Positions 37,822 to 48,587 of a DNA stretch of 64,000 bases are shown here, in pieces (positions within the stretch are counted from its first letter, which is position 1; each line of letters starts with the position of its first letter). Source of the stretch: Deltaproteobacteria bacterium (lineage in GTDB: Bacteria > Desulfobacterota > SM23-61); assembly GCA_016875165.1 (NCBI GenBank), contig VGSF01000007.1, positions 15,616-79,615 on the forward strand, written 5' to 3'. The notes beneath the pieces were generated by a model that saw only the letters and a program-made list of their open reading frames with translations, did not search any database and was not told the DNA's origin. Position numbers and translations under genes: made by a program.

Positions 37822-38886
37822 ATGAAAATTGCCGTAGATGCCATGGGCGGAGACTTCGCCCCCCAAAGTATCGTGGAAGGGGCGGTGCTTGCGGCTGGCG
37901 AGCACGGGATACACGTAGCGCTGGTCGGGGATGAGAAGATCATCCGCCGGGAAGCGGCCAAATACCCGGGGAGCAATTCGCTTCCCCTGACTTTTGTCCA
38001 CGCTTCGGAAGCAGTGGGTATGGATGAATCTCCCCTGACTCCCATCCGCAAAAAGAAAGATTCTTCAATTAAAGTGGCCTTCGACCTGCTCAAGAAGGGA
38101 GAAGCCTCGTCTGTGGTAAGCGCCGGAAATTCCGGAGCTGTTTTAGCCACTGCGGTCTTCATATTGGATAAATTACCCGGCGTGGACCGGCCGGCCATTG
38201 GGACGATCTTCCCCACCTTAAAGGGTTGGACCCTTTTACTTGATGCCGGGGCGAATGTGGACTGCAAATCCTTTCACCTGGTCCAGTTTGCCATCATGGG
38301 TGAGGCCTACGCCAAATATATCCTTAAGCAAGAGCGGCCCGCGGTGGGTTTGCTGAGCAATGGCGAAGAAGAATCCAAGGGTAACGAGTTGATCCGGGAG
38401 ACCAACGCCATCCTGAGGAAGAGCTCGATCGGGTATATCGGTCCGGTTGAGGGACGGGATATTTTCAATGGCCGGGCTGACGTGGTTATTTGTGACGGGT
38501 TTGTGGGCAATGCGGCTTTAAAGATCTGCGAGGGCCTGGCCGAGGCCATCGGGGCCATGATCCGGCAGGAGCTGCAAGCCAGCTTGCGGGCTAAAATCGG
38601 CTATTTATTTGCCCGCCACGCCATAAACGACGTCAAGAAAAAACTGGATTATTCTGAATACGGCGGCGCTCCCCTCCTGGGTGTGGATGGAGTGGTCATC
38701 ATTGGCCATGGGCGTTCTTCAGCCAAAGCTATAAAGAACGCAATTCGCCTGGCCCACGATTTTGCCCAGATCGGCCTTCCTAAGCTCCTGGTGCGCAACC
38801 TGGAAGAGAATCAAGACCTCCAGCGGCTGGGCGGTAAGAACTTGTCCAAAGTCTGGGAGCAGATCAAAGAAAAAATTATTAACTGA
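37822..38886 (+). CDS. plsX: Phosphate acyltransferase
   Basis: IAVDAMGGDFAP, SAGNSGA, LDAGANVD, DGFVGN, YGGAPLLG. Confidence 0.97.
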   Translation: MKIAVDAMGGDFAPQSIVEGAVLAAGEHGIHVALVGDEKIIRREAAKYPGSNSLPLTFVHASEAVGMDESPLTPIRKKKDSSIKVAFDLLKKGEASSVVSAGNSGAVLATAVFILDKLPGVDRPAIGTIFPTLKGWTLLLDAGANVDCKSFHLVQFAIMGEAYAKYILKQERPAVGLLSNGEEESKGNELIRETNAILRKSSIGYIGPVEGRDIFNGRADVVICDGFVGNAALKICEGLAEAIGAMIRQELQASLRAKIGYLFARHAINDVKKKLDYSEYGGAPLLGVDGVVIIGHGRSSAKAIKNAIRLAHDFAQIGLPKLLVRNLEENQDLQRLGGKNLSKVWEQIKEKIIN

Positions 38887-38962
38887 AAGAATCGCTCTGC
38901 ATGCGGATTCCTCTATTCTTGCCTGGCGGAGGAAAAGGATTGCCAAGCGAAGGGAAGAAGAG

Positions 38963-39943
38963 ATGATCAGGTCGCGGATAATTGCTACGGGTTCTTACGC
39001 TCCTCCAAAGGTTTTGACTAACTTTGATTTGGAGAAGATGGTGGAGACCTCCGATGAATGGATTATCTCCCGTTCCGGGATCAGGGAGCGCCGGATTGCG
39101 GAGAAAAACACCTCCACGTCGGACCTGGGAACTCAGGCAGCCCTTAGGGCTCTGGAGATGGCCGGTCTTGCGCCGGAAGACCTGGACTTCATCATCACCG
39201 GAACAAACAGCCCGGATATGTTCTTCCCCTGCACGGGGTGCTTCATTCAAGCCAAGATCGGAGCCAAGAAAGCCGCGGCCTTCGATGTCTCAGCCGGGTG
39301 CACGAGCTTTATCCACGCCCTCTCCCTGGCGGACAAATTCATCAAAGAAGATCCGAGCCGAAAGGTCATGGTCCTGGGCGCGGAGATCATGTCCAAAGTG
39401 ACCGACTGGACCGACCGGGGAACCTGTGTCCTTTTCGGGGATGGGGCGGGGGCGATTATTCTCGCGGGGGAAGAAGGGGAACGGGGAATTCTTTCCACCC
39501 ATCTGCACTCCGACGGGGCGCTTTGGGAACTCCTCTACATGCCCGGAGGGGGGTCGGCTAATCCGTCTTCTCACGAGACCGTGGACAAAGGCATGCATTA
39601 CATAAAGATGGCCGGAAATCAGCTCTTTAAAGTGGCCGTGCGGGCTCTGGCTGACGTTTCCCAGGAAGCCTTGAAATATAACAGACTCAAAAGCCAGGAC
39701 ATCGACATCATGATTCCCCACCAGGCCAACACGCGCATTATCGAGGCTGCGGCCAAACTCATTAGTTTTCCCATGGAGAAGGTTTTTTTAAACATCGAGA
39801 AATACGGGAATACTTCCTCCGCCACCATCCCCATAGCCATGGATGAAGTTCAGCGAGAAGGAAAAGTGAAGGCCGGAGATTTGATGCTGCTGTGTTCTTT
39901 CGGCACCGGGGTTACCTGGGGCTCGGCGGTTATCCGCTGGTAA
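38963..39943 (+). CDS. fabH: Beta-ketoacyl-ACP synthase III
   Basis: Cys-His-Asn triad: AGC, PHQAN, YGNTSS; LFGDGAGA; start ATG 38963. Confidence 0.96.
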   Translation: MIRSRIIATGSYAPPKVLTNFDLEKMVETSDEWIISRSGIRERRIAEKNTSTSDLGTQAALRALEMAGLAPEDLDFIITGTNSPDMFFPCTGCFIQAKIGAKKAAAFDVSAGCTSFIHALSLADKFIKEDPSRKVMVLGAEIMSKVTDWTDRGTCVLFGDGAGAIILAGEEGERGILSTHLHSDGALWELLYMPGGGSANPSSHETVDKGMHYIKMAGNQLFKVAVRALADVSQEALKYNRLKSQDIDIMIPHQANTRIIEAAAKLISFPMEKVFLNIEKYGNTSSATIPIAMDEVQREGKVKAGDLMLLCSFGTGVTWGSAVIRW

Positions 39944-40044
39944 ATTTATTTTCACCGCAGAGCGCGCAGAGGCCGCAGAGAATAAGGACTCAAACATTCA
40001 GCAAAAAGAATTATTCAAAGATAAACAGAAAAATTCTTTTTTGT

Positions 40045-40235
40045 GAGTTTCTTGCAAAAGTCCGTAATTTACCCTTCGACAGGCTCAGGGTGAACGGGCT
40101 TAGGTTGAAATTATTTAGTTTTTCCGTTCGTGGTGAGCCCTTCGACTCACCGTTCGCCCTGAGGTTCTCGGAGGGTGAACGGTTCGCGGAGGACAAGCTT
40201 GTCGAACCACAAAAAAATACTTTTGCAAGAGGCTC
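40045..40235. mobile_element. MITE family B copy 3 (reverse)
   Basis: 191 bp; TSD TTGT. Confidence 0.92.
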
Positions 40236-40324
40236 TTGTTTGTTATGATTTCCTTTTTTGGCTGTTTTTTATTATTCTCTGTACTACTAAAGTTCAATTT
40301 CTGAAAATTTTATTAAGATTTTTT

Positions 40325-40592
40325 GTAACACTTTAGCTCTTTGAAAAAAGGTGTGTCGTAAGGGTCAAGGGATTCCAGGGGCCGGAGCGGAATCCGCCTA
40401 AGGCGGAGAATCATAGGGCGCTTATATCTCCGCATATGGGGCGGGCAAGAACCCCCGCCTCCTCCGGAGGAAAAGATCTTTTGTCCCCGTGGCCAAGCGG
40501 AAACCCAACCGATGCTTCCGGCGCGTTCCGCTCTAACCCCCGGCCCAAAACAAAGGCTTTTGTACCATCTTTTCAAATCGCTAAACTGTTAC
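40325..40592. mobile_element. MITE family A copy 5
   Basis: TSD GATTTTTT. Confidence 0.92.
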
Positions 40593-40730
40593 GATTTTTT
40601 TATTTTATCTATATTTATCTGTGGTTATTTGTGTTCTAAATTGTCTTTTTTAACATCTTTCTTTATATCTCTGTGATCTCTGGGCCCTCTGCGGCAATAT
40701 TGTTTTAATTTAAAAGGAGATGGGCAAAGA

Positions 40731-41885
40731 ATGGATTATTTTTTGAACGAGGATCAGAAAGCCATCCGGGACCTGGCGCGAAAAATCGCCCAGGAGCGGG
40801 TGATGCCCGTGCGCGCGGAACTGGATGAAAAAGAAGAATTTCCCTGGGGGCCTTTGAAATATCTGGCCGATGTCGGCCTTTTCGGAGTGTACATTCCCGA
40901 AGATTATGGCGGCCTGGGGTATGGCTCTTTCGAGAATTGCCTGGCCATTGAGGAGATCTCCCGCGCCTGTATCGGGGTTTCTGTGTCCTTTGCCGCCTCC
41001 GGCCTGGGATCATATCCCTTCCTCCTCTTCGGCAGCGAAGAGCAGAAGAAAAGATACCTGCCGGATGTGGCCTCCGGGCGGAAACTGGCGGCATTCGGCC
41101 TTACGGAAGCCGGCGCCGGGAGTGACGCCGGGGGAATCCGCACTACGGCCAAGCGCGATGGAGATTCTTACATCCTTAACGGAACGAAGCAGTGGATCAC
41201 CAATGGGGGTGAAGCGGAATTTTATTCCGTGATTGCCCTGACGGACAAAGCCAAAGGTCCGCGCGGGGCCAGCGCTTTCCTCTTGGAAAAAGGCATGTCC
41301 GGGTTCAACTTCGGCAAAAAAGAAAAGAAATTGGGTATCCGCTGTTCAATGACCCGGGAGCTTGTCTTCGAGGACTGCCGGGTTCCCAAAGAGAGTCTTA
41401 TCGGACGGGAAGGGCTGGGGTTCATCGTAGCCATGCGCACGCTGGACAAGACCAGGCCGGGGATTGGCGCCCAGGCTGTCGGATTGGCCCAGGGGGCCTT
41501 TGAGGCGGCTGTGGAGTACGCCAGGGAGCGGCGCCAGTTCGAAAAGCCGATTATTTCCTTCCAGGCTGTCCAGCATATACTGGCCGACATGGCCGCAGAG
41601 ATCGAAGCCGCCCGCGCTCTGGTTTACGCCGTAGCCCGTTGGGTGGATACTAATCCCAAGGACATCTCCAGGTACTCGGCCATCTCCAAACTATTTCCCA
41701 CAGATGTGGCCATGAAGGTGACGGTTGATGCCGTGCAGATTTTCGGCGGCTATGGGTTCATGCGGGATTACCCGGTAGAAAAGATGATGCGCGACGCCAA
41801 AATCCTGCAGATCTATGAAGGAACAAATCAGATTCAACGCAACGTCATCGGCCAGTCGCTGATTAAAGAGTATGCCAGTAAATAA
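40731..41885 (+). CDS. Acyl-CoA dehydrogenase (short-chain/butyryl-CoA type)
   Basis: AFGLTEAGAGSDA, NGTKQWITNG, QIFGGYGF, KILQIYEGTNQIQR (catalytic Glu). Confidence 0.95.
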   Translation: MDYFLNEDQKAIRDLARKIAQERVMPVRAELDEKEEFPWGPLKYLADVGLFGVYIPEDYGGLGYGSFENCLAIEEISRACIGVSVSFAASGLGSYPFLLFGSEEQKKRYLPDVASGRKLAAFGLTEAGAGSDAGGIRTTAKRDGDSYILNGTKQWITNGGEAEFYSVIALTDKAKGPRGASAFLLEKGMSGFNFGKKEKKLGIRCSMTRELVFEDCRVPKESLIGREGLGFIVAMRTLDKTRPGIGAQAVGLAQGAFEAAVEYARERRQFEKPIISFQAVQHILADMAAEIEAARALVYAVARWVDTNPKDISRYSAISKLFPTDVAMKVTVDAVQIFGGYGFMRDYPVEKMMRDAKILQIYEGTNQIQRNVIGQSLIKEYASK

Positions 41886-41895
41886 GGAGAGGCTG

Positions 41896-42642
41896 ATGGG
41901 TGAGAGGCTTTTAGGAAAAGTCGCTTTGATTACCGGCGGAGCCCAGGGCATTGGAAGAGCCATTGCCCTGCTTTTTGCCCGCGAGGGGGGGAGAGTAGCG
42001 CTTTCCGACATCAACCTGGAGAAAGCTAAGGAGACCTGCCGGGAAATTGAGTCCTTCGGCCAGGAAGCGCTGGCTGTGGGGGGGAACGTCGCTGATGCCC
42101 GGGAGGCTGAAGCGATGGTGCAACAAACCCTGGAAAAATTTGGCCGCCTGGACATCCTGGTTAACAACGCTGGAATTACCCGGGATCAAGTCCTTTTACG
42201 CATGAAAGAGGAAGAATGGGACCTGGTTATTTCTGTAAACCTGAAAGGGGCATTCCATTGCACCAAAGCTGCCCTGCGCCCTTTCCTAAAACAAAAAGGC
42301 GGAAAAGTGCTGAATATCGCTTCGGTCACTGGCCAGATGGGGAATGCCGGTCAGTCCAATTACGCCGCCTCCAAGGCCGGTCTGATCGGCTTCACCAAGT
42401 CCATCGCCCGGGAATACGCCAGCCGGAACATTCAGGTGAATGCCGTGGCTCCGGGGTTCATCGATACGGCCATGAGCCAGGCTATCCCCGAGAAGGGAAG
42501 GGAAATCTTGATCAAACAGATTCCCATGGAACGGCTGGGCAGTCCGGAAGATGTAGCCGAGGCGGCGCTTTTCCTGGCCAGCCCGGCGGCAGATTACATC
42601 ACCGGCCAGGTGCTAAACGTCAACGGCGGGATGTATATGTGA
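41896..42642 (+). CDS. fabG: 3-oxoacyl-ACP reductase
   Basis: TGGAQGIG, NNAGITRD, GNAGQSNYAASK; upstream of acpP. Confidence 0.95.
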   Translation: MGERLLGKVALITGGAQGIGRAIALLFAREGGRVALSDINLEKAKETCREIESFGQEALAVGGNVADAREAEAMVQQTLEKFGRLDILVNNAGITRDQVLLRMKEEEWDLVISVNLKGAFHCTKAALRPFLKQKGGKVLNIASVTGQMGNAGQSNYAASKAGLIGFTKSIAREYASRNIQVNAVAPGFIDTAMSQAIPEKGREILIKQIPMERLGSPEDVAEAALFLASPAADYITGQVLNVNGGMYM

Positions 42643-42767
42643 TTCGCCAGGGATAAAAAATGATAGGGTGTCCGAATCACCCTTGACACTATTTGGCAAA
42701 AAAGTTAAAAGAATTTACCTTGAAATTTATTTAGATTCGTACGGAAGATTTTAAAGGAGGTGCGATT

Positions 42768-43004
42768 GTGGAAAAATCAGTGGAACGGAGGGTAGTCGAG
42801 ATCATCGTGGAGCAGTTGGGGGTGAGCGAGGAAGAAGTGACCATGGAGGCTTCCTTTACAGATGATCTGGGCGCCGATTCATTGGATTTGGTAGAACTGA
42901 TCATGGCCATGGAGGAGGAATTCGGGCTGGAAATCTCCGATGAAGATGCGGAGAAGATCCAGACCGTCCAGGATGTCGTTAATTATATCACTGAACACAT
43001 CTAA
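42768..43004 (+). CDS. acpP: Acyl carrier protein
   Basis: [20 protein letters not shown]; AGGAGG SD. Confidence 0.98.
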   Translation: MEKSVERRVVEIIVEQLGVSEEEVTMEASFTDDLGADSLDLVELIMAMEEEFGLEISDEDAEKIQTVQDVVNYITEHI

Positions 43005-43109
43005 TAAGACATCAATCGAGCTCCTGAGGGAGAAAAATTTGCAGGCCGAGGCCGGAAAGATCGATAGCGGGGGTCCGATGATGTTCTTGTCTTTGGACAG
43101 GGAGGTTTT

Positions 43110-44354
43110 ATGTTGGGACGGAGAGTAGTGGTCACCGGACTTGGGATGGTATCTCCGTTGGGCATTGGCGTGGAAAATACCTGGCAGGCGCTCATCCAGG
43201 GGAAATCCGGCGTGGCCAGGATCACCAAATTCGACCCCACGGGGTTCGATACCCAGATCGCCGCAGAAGTTAAAGGCTTCGTGCCAGAAAATTTCATCGA
43301 CAAAAGAGAGATCAAACGGATGGACATCTTCATCCAATACGCCATGGCTGCGTCCATCATGGCCACAGAAGATTCCCAACTCAAAATCACTCCCCAGAAT
43401 GCCGACCGGGTAGGTGTAGTGGTGGGGGCCGGACTTGGCGGGTTGACCACCATCGAGTCTTTCCATAAAATCCTTATGGAAAAGGGACCTGGCCGCATCT
43501 CTCCCTTTTTCATCCCCGCTCTCATCGTCAATGAAGCCCCCGGTCAGATTTCCATGCGCTTCGGGGCTAAAGGGCCGAATTCCTCTGTGGTTACTGCCTG
43601 CGCCACGGGCAATCATAACATCGGAGACGCCTGGAGAATGATCCAGCGGGGCGATGCCGATGCCATTATCTCCGGAGGAGTCGAAGCGACGATTACCCCC
43701 CTGGCCGTAGGCGGATTTAACGCCATGAAGGCTCTTTCCACCCGCAACCATGAGCCGGAAAAAGCATCACGACCCTTTGACAAGGATCGGGACGGATTCG
43801 TCATTGCCGAAGGCTGCGGCATTATTATCCTGGAAGAGCTAACCCATGCCCTTAACCGGAGGGCCAAGATCTATTCGGAAATCATCGGCTATGGGCTCAA
43901 CGGAGACGCCTACCACATCACCGCTCCTTCGCCTGACGGAGAAGGCGCGGCCCGCTGCATGGCCATGGCCCTGAGAAGCGCCGGGATTCAGCCTGAAGAA
44001 GTGGACTATATAAACGCCCATGGAACTTCCACTTATTACAATGACATCTACGAAACGATGGCCATTAAGACCGTATTCCAAGAGCACGCCAAAAAGTTGG
44101 CGGTGAGCTCAACTAAATCCATGACTGGCCACCTCCTGGGGGGAGCGGGCGGTGTAGAGACAATCTTCACCGTCCTGACCATTTTTCAGGGAGTGATTCC
44201 CCCGACGATCAACTACGAGACCCCGGATCCAGAGTGCGATCTGGATTACGTGCCCAACGTGGCTCGGAAAACCGAAGTGCGGATTGCTTTATCCAATTCT
44301 TTTGGCTTTGGGGGCACCAACGCGGTCCTCGCTTTCAAGAAATTCGAACAGTGA
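43110..44354 (+). CDS. fabF: Beta-ketoacyl-ACP synthase II
   Basis: TACATG, NAHGTST, TGHLLG, SFGFGG. Confidence 0.97.
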   Translation: MLGRRVVVTGLGMVSPLGIGVENTWQALIQGKSGVARITKFDPTGFDTQIAAEVKGFVPENFIDKREIKRMDIFIQYAMAASIMATEDSQLKITPQNADRVGVVVGAGLGGLTTIESFHKILMEKGPGRISPFFIPALIVNEAPGQISMRFGAKGPNSSVVTACATGNHNIGDAWRMIQRGDADAIISGGVEATITPLAVGGFNAMKALSTRNHEPEKASRPFDKDRDGFVIAEGCGIIILEELTHALNRRAKIYSEIIGYGLNGDAYHITAPSPDGEGAARCMAMALRSAGIQPEEVDYINAHGTSTYYNDIYETMAIKTVFQEHAKKLAVSSTKSMTGHLLGGAGGVETIFTVLTIFQGVIPPTINYETPDPECDLDYVPNVARKTEVRIALSNSFGFGGTNAVLAFKKFEQ

Positions 44355-44355
44355 C

Positions 44356-44817
44356 ATGAAAATAGTCATCGGCAGCGACCACGCCGGCTTTGAGCTGAAA
44401 GCCCATTTGGCGGCTTTCCTTATCGAGCAAAAAATCGAAGTGGCCGATTTGGGCGCTCCCGGAGAAATTTTTGTTGATTACCCGGACATCGCCTCTGCCG
44501 TGGCCGAGAAGGTTTCCCGGAAAGAATTTGAACGGGGCATCCTGATCTGCGGCAGCGGCGTTGGCATGTCCATCGTGGCCAATCGTTTTCCCGGAGTCAG
44601 GGCAGCCCTCTGTAATGACCTTTACGCGGCGCGGATGAGCCGGGAGCATAACGATGCCAACATTTTAGTTCTGGGCGGAAGGGTGACCGGAAAAGATCTG
44701 GCCAGGGAGATCCTCAAGGTTTGGCTGGAGAGCACCTTCCAGGGGGGACACCACCAACGCCGGCTGGAAAAGATCGAATCCCTGGATGAAAAAATTCGCC
44801 ATTGCCGAAAAAAGTAA
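44356..44817 (+). CDS. rpiB: Ribose-5-phosphate isomerase B
   Basis: GSDHAG, DYPD, ICGSGVG, REHNDAN, GGHHQRR. Confidence 0.95.
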   Translation: MKIVIGSDHAGFELKAHLAAFLIEQKIEVADLGAPGEIFVDYPDIASAVAEKVSRKEFERGILICGSGVGMSIVANRFPGVRAALCNDLYAARMSREHNDANILVLGGRVTGKDLAREILKVWLESTFQGGHHQRRLEKIESLDEKIRHCRKK

Positions 44818-44890
44818 TCATGCCTTATTTGCATATTTCCCGCCCCGCTTGAGCTTCTTCGAGCGAAGCGGCATACACTTGAGGCCTGCC

Positions 44891-45340
44891 ATGAATCGTC
44901 CAACCTGGGAAGAGTATTTCATGGACATTACCCGCCTGGTGGCCAAGCGGGCTACCTGTATCCGCCGGCAGGTGGGAGCCGTCCTGGTCATGGACAAACG
45001 CATCCTGGCCACGGGTTATAACGGGGCTCCTTCGGGCCTGGCCCACTGTCTGGAGGGCGGCTGCCTTAGGGAGAAGAATCAGATTCCCTCGGGGGAACGC
45101 CATGAACTCTGCCGGGGGTTGCACGCCGAACAAAACGCCATCATCCAGGCTGCCTTTCACGGAATTCGCATTCAGGGGGCCACCCTTTACTGTACAAACC
45201 TCCCCTGCGTGATCTGCACCAAGATGATCATCAACGCCGGTATCAAAGAGATCATCTATGAGAGCGGATACGGGGATGATTTATCCCGGGAGATGTTGAT
45301 GGAAGCCCACATTTCCACCCGCCAGAGGGGCAAAGGCTAA
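44891..45340 (+). CDS. dCMP deaminase (ComEB-like)
   Basis: [24 protein letters not shown]. Confidence 0.93.
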   Translation: MNRPTWEEYFMDITRLVAKRATCIRRQVGAVLVMDKRILATGYNGAPSGLAHCLEGGCLREKNQIPSGERHELCRGLHAEQNAIIQAAFHGIRIQGATLYCTNLPCVICTKMIINAGIKEIIYESGYGDDLSREMLMEAHISTRQRGKG

Positions 45341-45435
45341 GAGGACAATTAAAAACTTCTGGCGGCAATTGGACTTTTCTTAAATATAACGATAATTTTG
45401 CACTACACCGCAAGAGCCAGGAGAAGCCGTTAAAA

Positions 45436-45831
45436 ATGGAAACGACAGAAGAAGAAAAAAAGGTGAAAAGCCGTTTTGGACTGGCCAATTTCGAAAGGCG
45501 CAGGCATCCCAGGTTCTCAGTGGATTTGCCGATCGAATACCATCCAGTCAATGCCTCGACGGATCATCCTGGCCGCGCGGGCAATGTCAGTGAAGGGGGC
45601 TTGATGGCCTATCTCGCGGAAAAACCAGAATTAGGCCAATATTTACAGGTCAAACTCTTTTTCCCCGCCGGTTCTGATTTAGAGCAGGTGGAGATGCTGA
45701 CTGAGGTGGCTTGGGTGGATATCCACCTGGGTGAAAACAGGGATTATCGGTCGGGATTGAAATTTGTGGACATCTCCCCGGACCACTTAAATAAATTGAG
45801 CAGCTTTCTCTTTAACCTTTCAAGAATTTGA
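45436..45831 (+). CDS. PilZ-domain c-di-GMP receptor
   Basis: ERRRHPRF (RxxxR) and NVSEGG (D/NxSxxG). Confidence 0.88.
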   Translation: METTEEEKKVKSRFGLANFERRRHPRFSVDLPIEYHPVNASTDHPGRAGNVSEGGLMAYLAEKPELGQYLQVKLFFPAGSDLEQVEMLTEVAWVDIHLGENRDYRSGLKFVDISPDHLNKLSSFLFNLSRI

Positions 45832-47390
45832 AATCGCCCGAAATTCAAACAACAAGCCGACTCATTCCCGCAAAGGCCCGGCTACCTGTTCACCTTGGGG
45901 GTGGGCGGGGCAAAATCCAGGTCGTCTATTCCTGGATAGAGAGGAAGCCGGAACGGTTCCTTTTTCTTAGCATATTTTTCTTCAGCCTTATCCGCCTGGC
46001 CGTCGTTCCTTCATTTGGCCTGGGCGTTGACGAAGCCCACTACGTTTTGTATGCCAGGCATTTAGACTTAAGCTACGTCGATCATCCTCCCCTGGTCGGC
46101 TGGATCCATGCCCTCATCTATTATTCATTGGGGACTAACGAATTTCTGGCCCGACTGCCCGCGATTGTTTTATTTGCGCTGCTCTCTTACCTCTCCTATG
46201 GTTTTATGCTCAGAGTTTCTCATTCCCCCCCCATTTCCCTGTTGGGGGTTTTAGCGTTGAATAGCTCCTTTCTATTGAATGCCCTAAGTGTGATGCTTTT
46301 GCCGGATTCTCTTTTCCTGGTGCTGGCCCTTTTGCTCATGCCGGTGATAATAAAAATTGTCGAAAGCGGTGAAAGGAAATATTTTATCTATTTGGGGGTT
46401 CTTTTGGGACTGGCCGGGCTGGCCAAATATACGGCGGCATTGCTGATCCCGCCGCTTCTGATTTATTCTCTTTCGAAGAAGAGAACTGATTTGCTGTTTT
46501 CCAAATATATGCTGATGGCCGCCGGCATGGCCATTTTATGCGTTACTCCGGTCATTTATTGGAACCTGCAAAATCAGTGGGTCAGCTTTGGCTATCAGGG
46601 AAGCCGTATGGCCGGCTCATCAGCGATGAGTTTCCAGAACTTTTCCCTTTCGCTATTGGCCCAGTTTGGCAGCTACAGCCCCTTTTTATTTCTCATAGCT
46701 TTTTACGGGTTTTTTAAGGCCTTCCGCTCAGCAAACGATTGGATCCGTCTGGCCTTTTATTTTGGCGGAACCATTCTAACTTTTTTTTGTTACCCGGCCC
46801 TTTATGACCCCGTTCTCCCTCACTGGAATAGCCTTTTCTATTTGCTCTTCATACCCATTGGGATTTATTTTTTGTGCCAGGAAGTAAGCAGAAAAAAAAG
46901 ATTTTTTCTGAAATTTTCTTTGGGATTCAGTTTGGTCGTAACCCTGCTGCTTTACGTGGAACTATCCGCGAAGTTTTTTACTTTTCCCGATTTTCAATCT
47001 CCCTTTCAGGACATCTATGGCTGGGCAGAGATTTCTAAGGAGGCCAATACCCTTCTTAAAGAGAATCCCCAATCCCTTAAAGCCCTGGCCGTGACCAACT
47101 GGACGATGGGCAGCCGGATGATGTATTATTCTTTGCCCTATCAAAATGAGGTTTTTGTGATCGATCGCCGATTTGACCAGTTTGATTTTTGGCAGAAGAA
47201 TTCTCCTCACGGGTACGATCTTCTTTTCGTCAATACCCATTTTACCCACGAGGATATTTCCCAAAAATTCAAGTGCGGCGAGGTCAGGGCGGCCAAAAAA
47301 ATTGATATTCTCCTGAATGGAGGCAAAGTGAACCAGATTGAATATGTGTGGTGCAAAAATTATCAAGGGATGAAAAATGAAAAACCTTAA
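45828..47390 (+). CDS. ArnT/PMT-like GT-C membrane glycosyltransferase
   Basis: DEAHY, YVDHPPL, ARLP, LAKY; many TM helices; start uncertain. Confidence 0.85.
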   Translation: MKSPEIQTTSRLIPAKARLPVHLGGGRGKIQVVYSWIERKPERFLFLSIFFFSLIRLAVVPSFGLGVDEAHYVLYARHLDLSYVDHPPLVGWIHALIYYSLGTNEFLARLPAIVLFALLSYLSYGFMLRVSHSPPISLLGVLALNSSFLLNALSVMLLPDSLFLVLALLLMPVIIKIVESGERKYFIYLGVLLGLAGLAKYTAALLIPPLLIYSLSKKRTDLLFSKYMLMAAGMAILCVTPVIYWNLQNQWVSFGYQGSRMAGSSAMSFQNFSLSLLAQFGSYSPFLFLIAFYGFFKAFRSANDWIRLAFYFGGTILTFFCYPALYDPVLPHWNSLFYLLFIPIGIYFLCQEVSRKKRFFLKFSLGFSLVVTLLLYVELSAKFFTFPDFQSPFQDIYGWAEISKEANTLLKENPQSLKALAVTNWTMGSRMMYYSLPYQNEVFVIDRRFDQFDFWQKNSPHGYDLLFVNTHFTHEDISQKFKCGEVRAAKKIDILLNGGKVNQIEYVWCKNYQGMKNEKP

Positions 47391-48051
47391 TCCTCTTTTC
47401 TACCGGTCTCTGGCGGTCCTTTTTATTCTGGTGGCCTTAAGCTATCTTTTTATCGATATCCCTCTGGCCGTCTATTGCCGGAATATGGATGCTGGGGTGC
47501 GCAATTTTTTTGGGGTGGTTACCGAGCTGGGGATTTCCACCTGGTATTTAATCGGCTCTTTTGCCTTATTCCTGTTTTTCCGGTTTGTTTCCAAACAGAC
47601 CATTAACGCTCAGCGAGCCCTTTTTTTCTTCGTCTCTATTGTGATATCCGGGATTCTGGTAAACGTCGTCCGCTTCACCGCCGGCCGTTACCGGCCCGAA
47701 ATGCTTTTTAGCAAAGGCCTTTACGGTTTTACTTTCTTCGAGATAGAACATGCCCTCGTTTCTTTCCCTTCAGGACATACCACTACCGCCTTTGCTATAG
47801 CCATGGCGCTTTCCTTCTTTTGGAGAAAATACTGGCCTTTTTTTGGTCTTTTTGCTTTGATGGTGGGGGTGAGCCGGATGATTATTACGGCCCATTATCT
47901 CAGCGATGTAATTGCCGGGGCTTATGTCGGTATCGTATCGGTTATTTTCTTAAAAAATTTTACCGCGGGTTATTGGGAGAAGAATCTGTTTTCGAACAGA
48001 AGTTTAGGAAGCCCAGATAAGGGAAGGGACGCTTCTGTTCCTTTCCGCTAA
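47377..48051 (+). CDS. PAP2-family lipid phosphatase
   Basis: [23 protein letters not shown]. Confidence 0.92.
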   Translation: MKNLNPLFYRSLAVLFILVALSYLFIDIPLAVYCRNMDAGVRNFFGVVTELGISTWYLIGSFALFLFFRFVSKQTINAQRALFFFVSIVISGILVNVVRFTAGRYRPEMLFSKGLYGFTFFEIEHALVSFPSGHTTTAFAIAMALSFFWRKYWPFFGLFALMVGVSRMIITAHYLSDVIAGAYVGIVSVIFLKNFTAGYWEKNLFSNRSLGSPDKGRDASVPFR

Positions 48052-48065
48052 GAGGTCGGTTCAAA

Positions 48066-48530
48066 TTGCGTTGTCCCTTTTGTCAGCACATCGATGACCG
48101 GGTTATTGACTCCCGACTGAGCAAGGAAGGAGGCATGATCCGCCGCCGCCGGGAATGCGCCAATTGTCAGCGCCGATTTACCACCTATGAAAGGGTGGAA
48201 GAAACCATGCCCCTGGTGATCAAGAAGGACGGGCGCCGGCAGACTTTCGATCGGGGAAAAATCCTGGCCGGCCTGCACAGAGCCTGTGAAAAACGTCCGA
48301 TCAGCGTAGAGGTCCTGGAAAAAATGGCGGAGCGCATTGAGCAGCGTCTGGAAGAAGCAGGAGAGCGGGAAGTGCAAAGCCGGGAGATCGGAGAACAGAT
48401 CATGCAGGAGCTGCAAAACCTCGACGAAGTGGCTTATGTGCGCTTTGCCTCGGTCTACCGTTCTTTCAAGGATGTCAACGAATTCATGAACGAGGTGAAG
48501 GAACTTTTGGAAAAAGGGCAAAAAAAATAA
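48066..48530 (+). CDS. nrdR: Transcriptional repressor NrdR
   Basis: [33 protein letters not shown]. Confidence 0.97.
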   Translation: MRCPFCQHIDDRVIDSRLSKEGGMIRRRRECANCQRRFTTYERVEETMPLVIKKDGRRQTFDRGKILAGLHRACEKRPISVEVLEKMAERIEQRLEEAGEREVQSREIGEQIMQELQNLDEVAYVRFASVYRSFKDVNEFMNEVKELLEKGQKK

Positions 48531-48587
48531 AATATAGGCTCAGGGCGCAAGGCGCATGGCCTAAGGTGTAAAAAAACAAAGAATTTT

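Larger units (their letters stand above)
39951..40697. repeat. CGCAGAG-type palindromic pair enclosing MITE B and MITE A copies
   Basis: TTCACCGCAGAGCGCGCAGAGGCCGCAGAG ... CTCTGTGATCTCTGGGCCCTCTGCGG. Confidence 0.75.
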
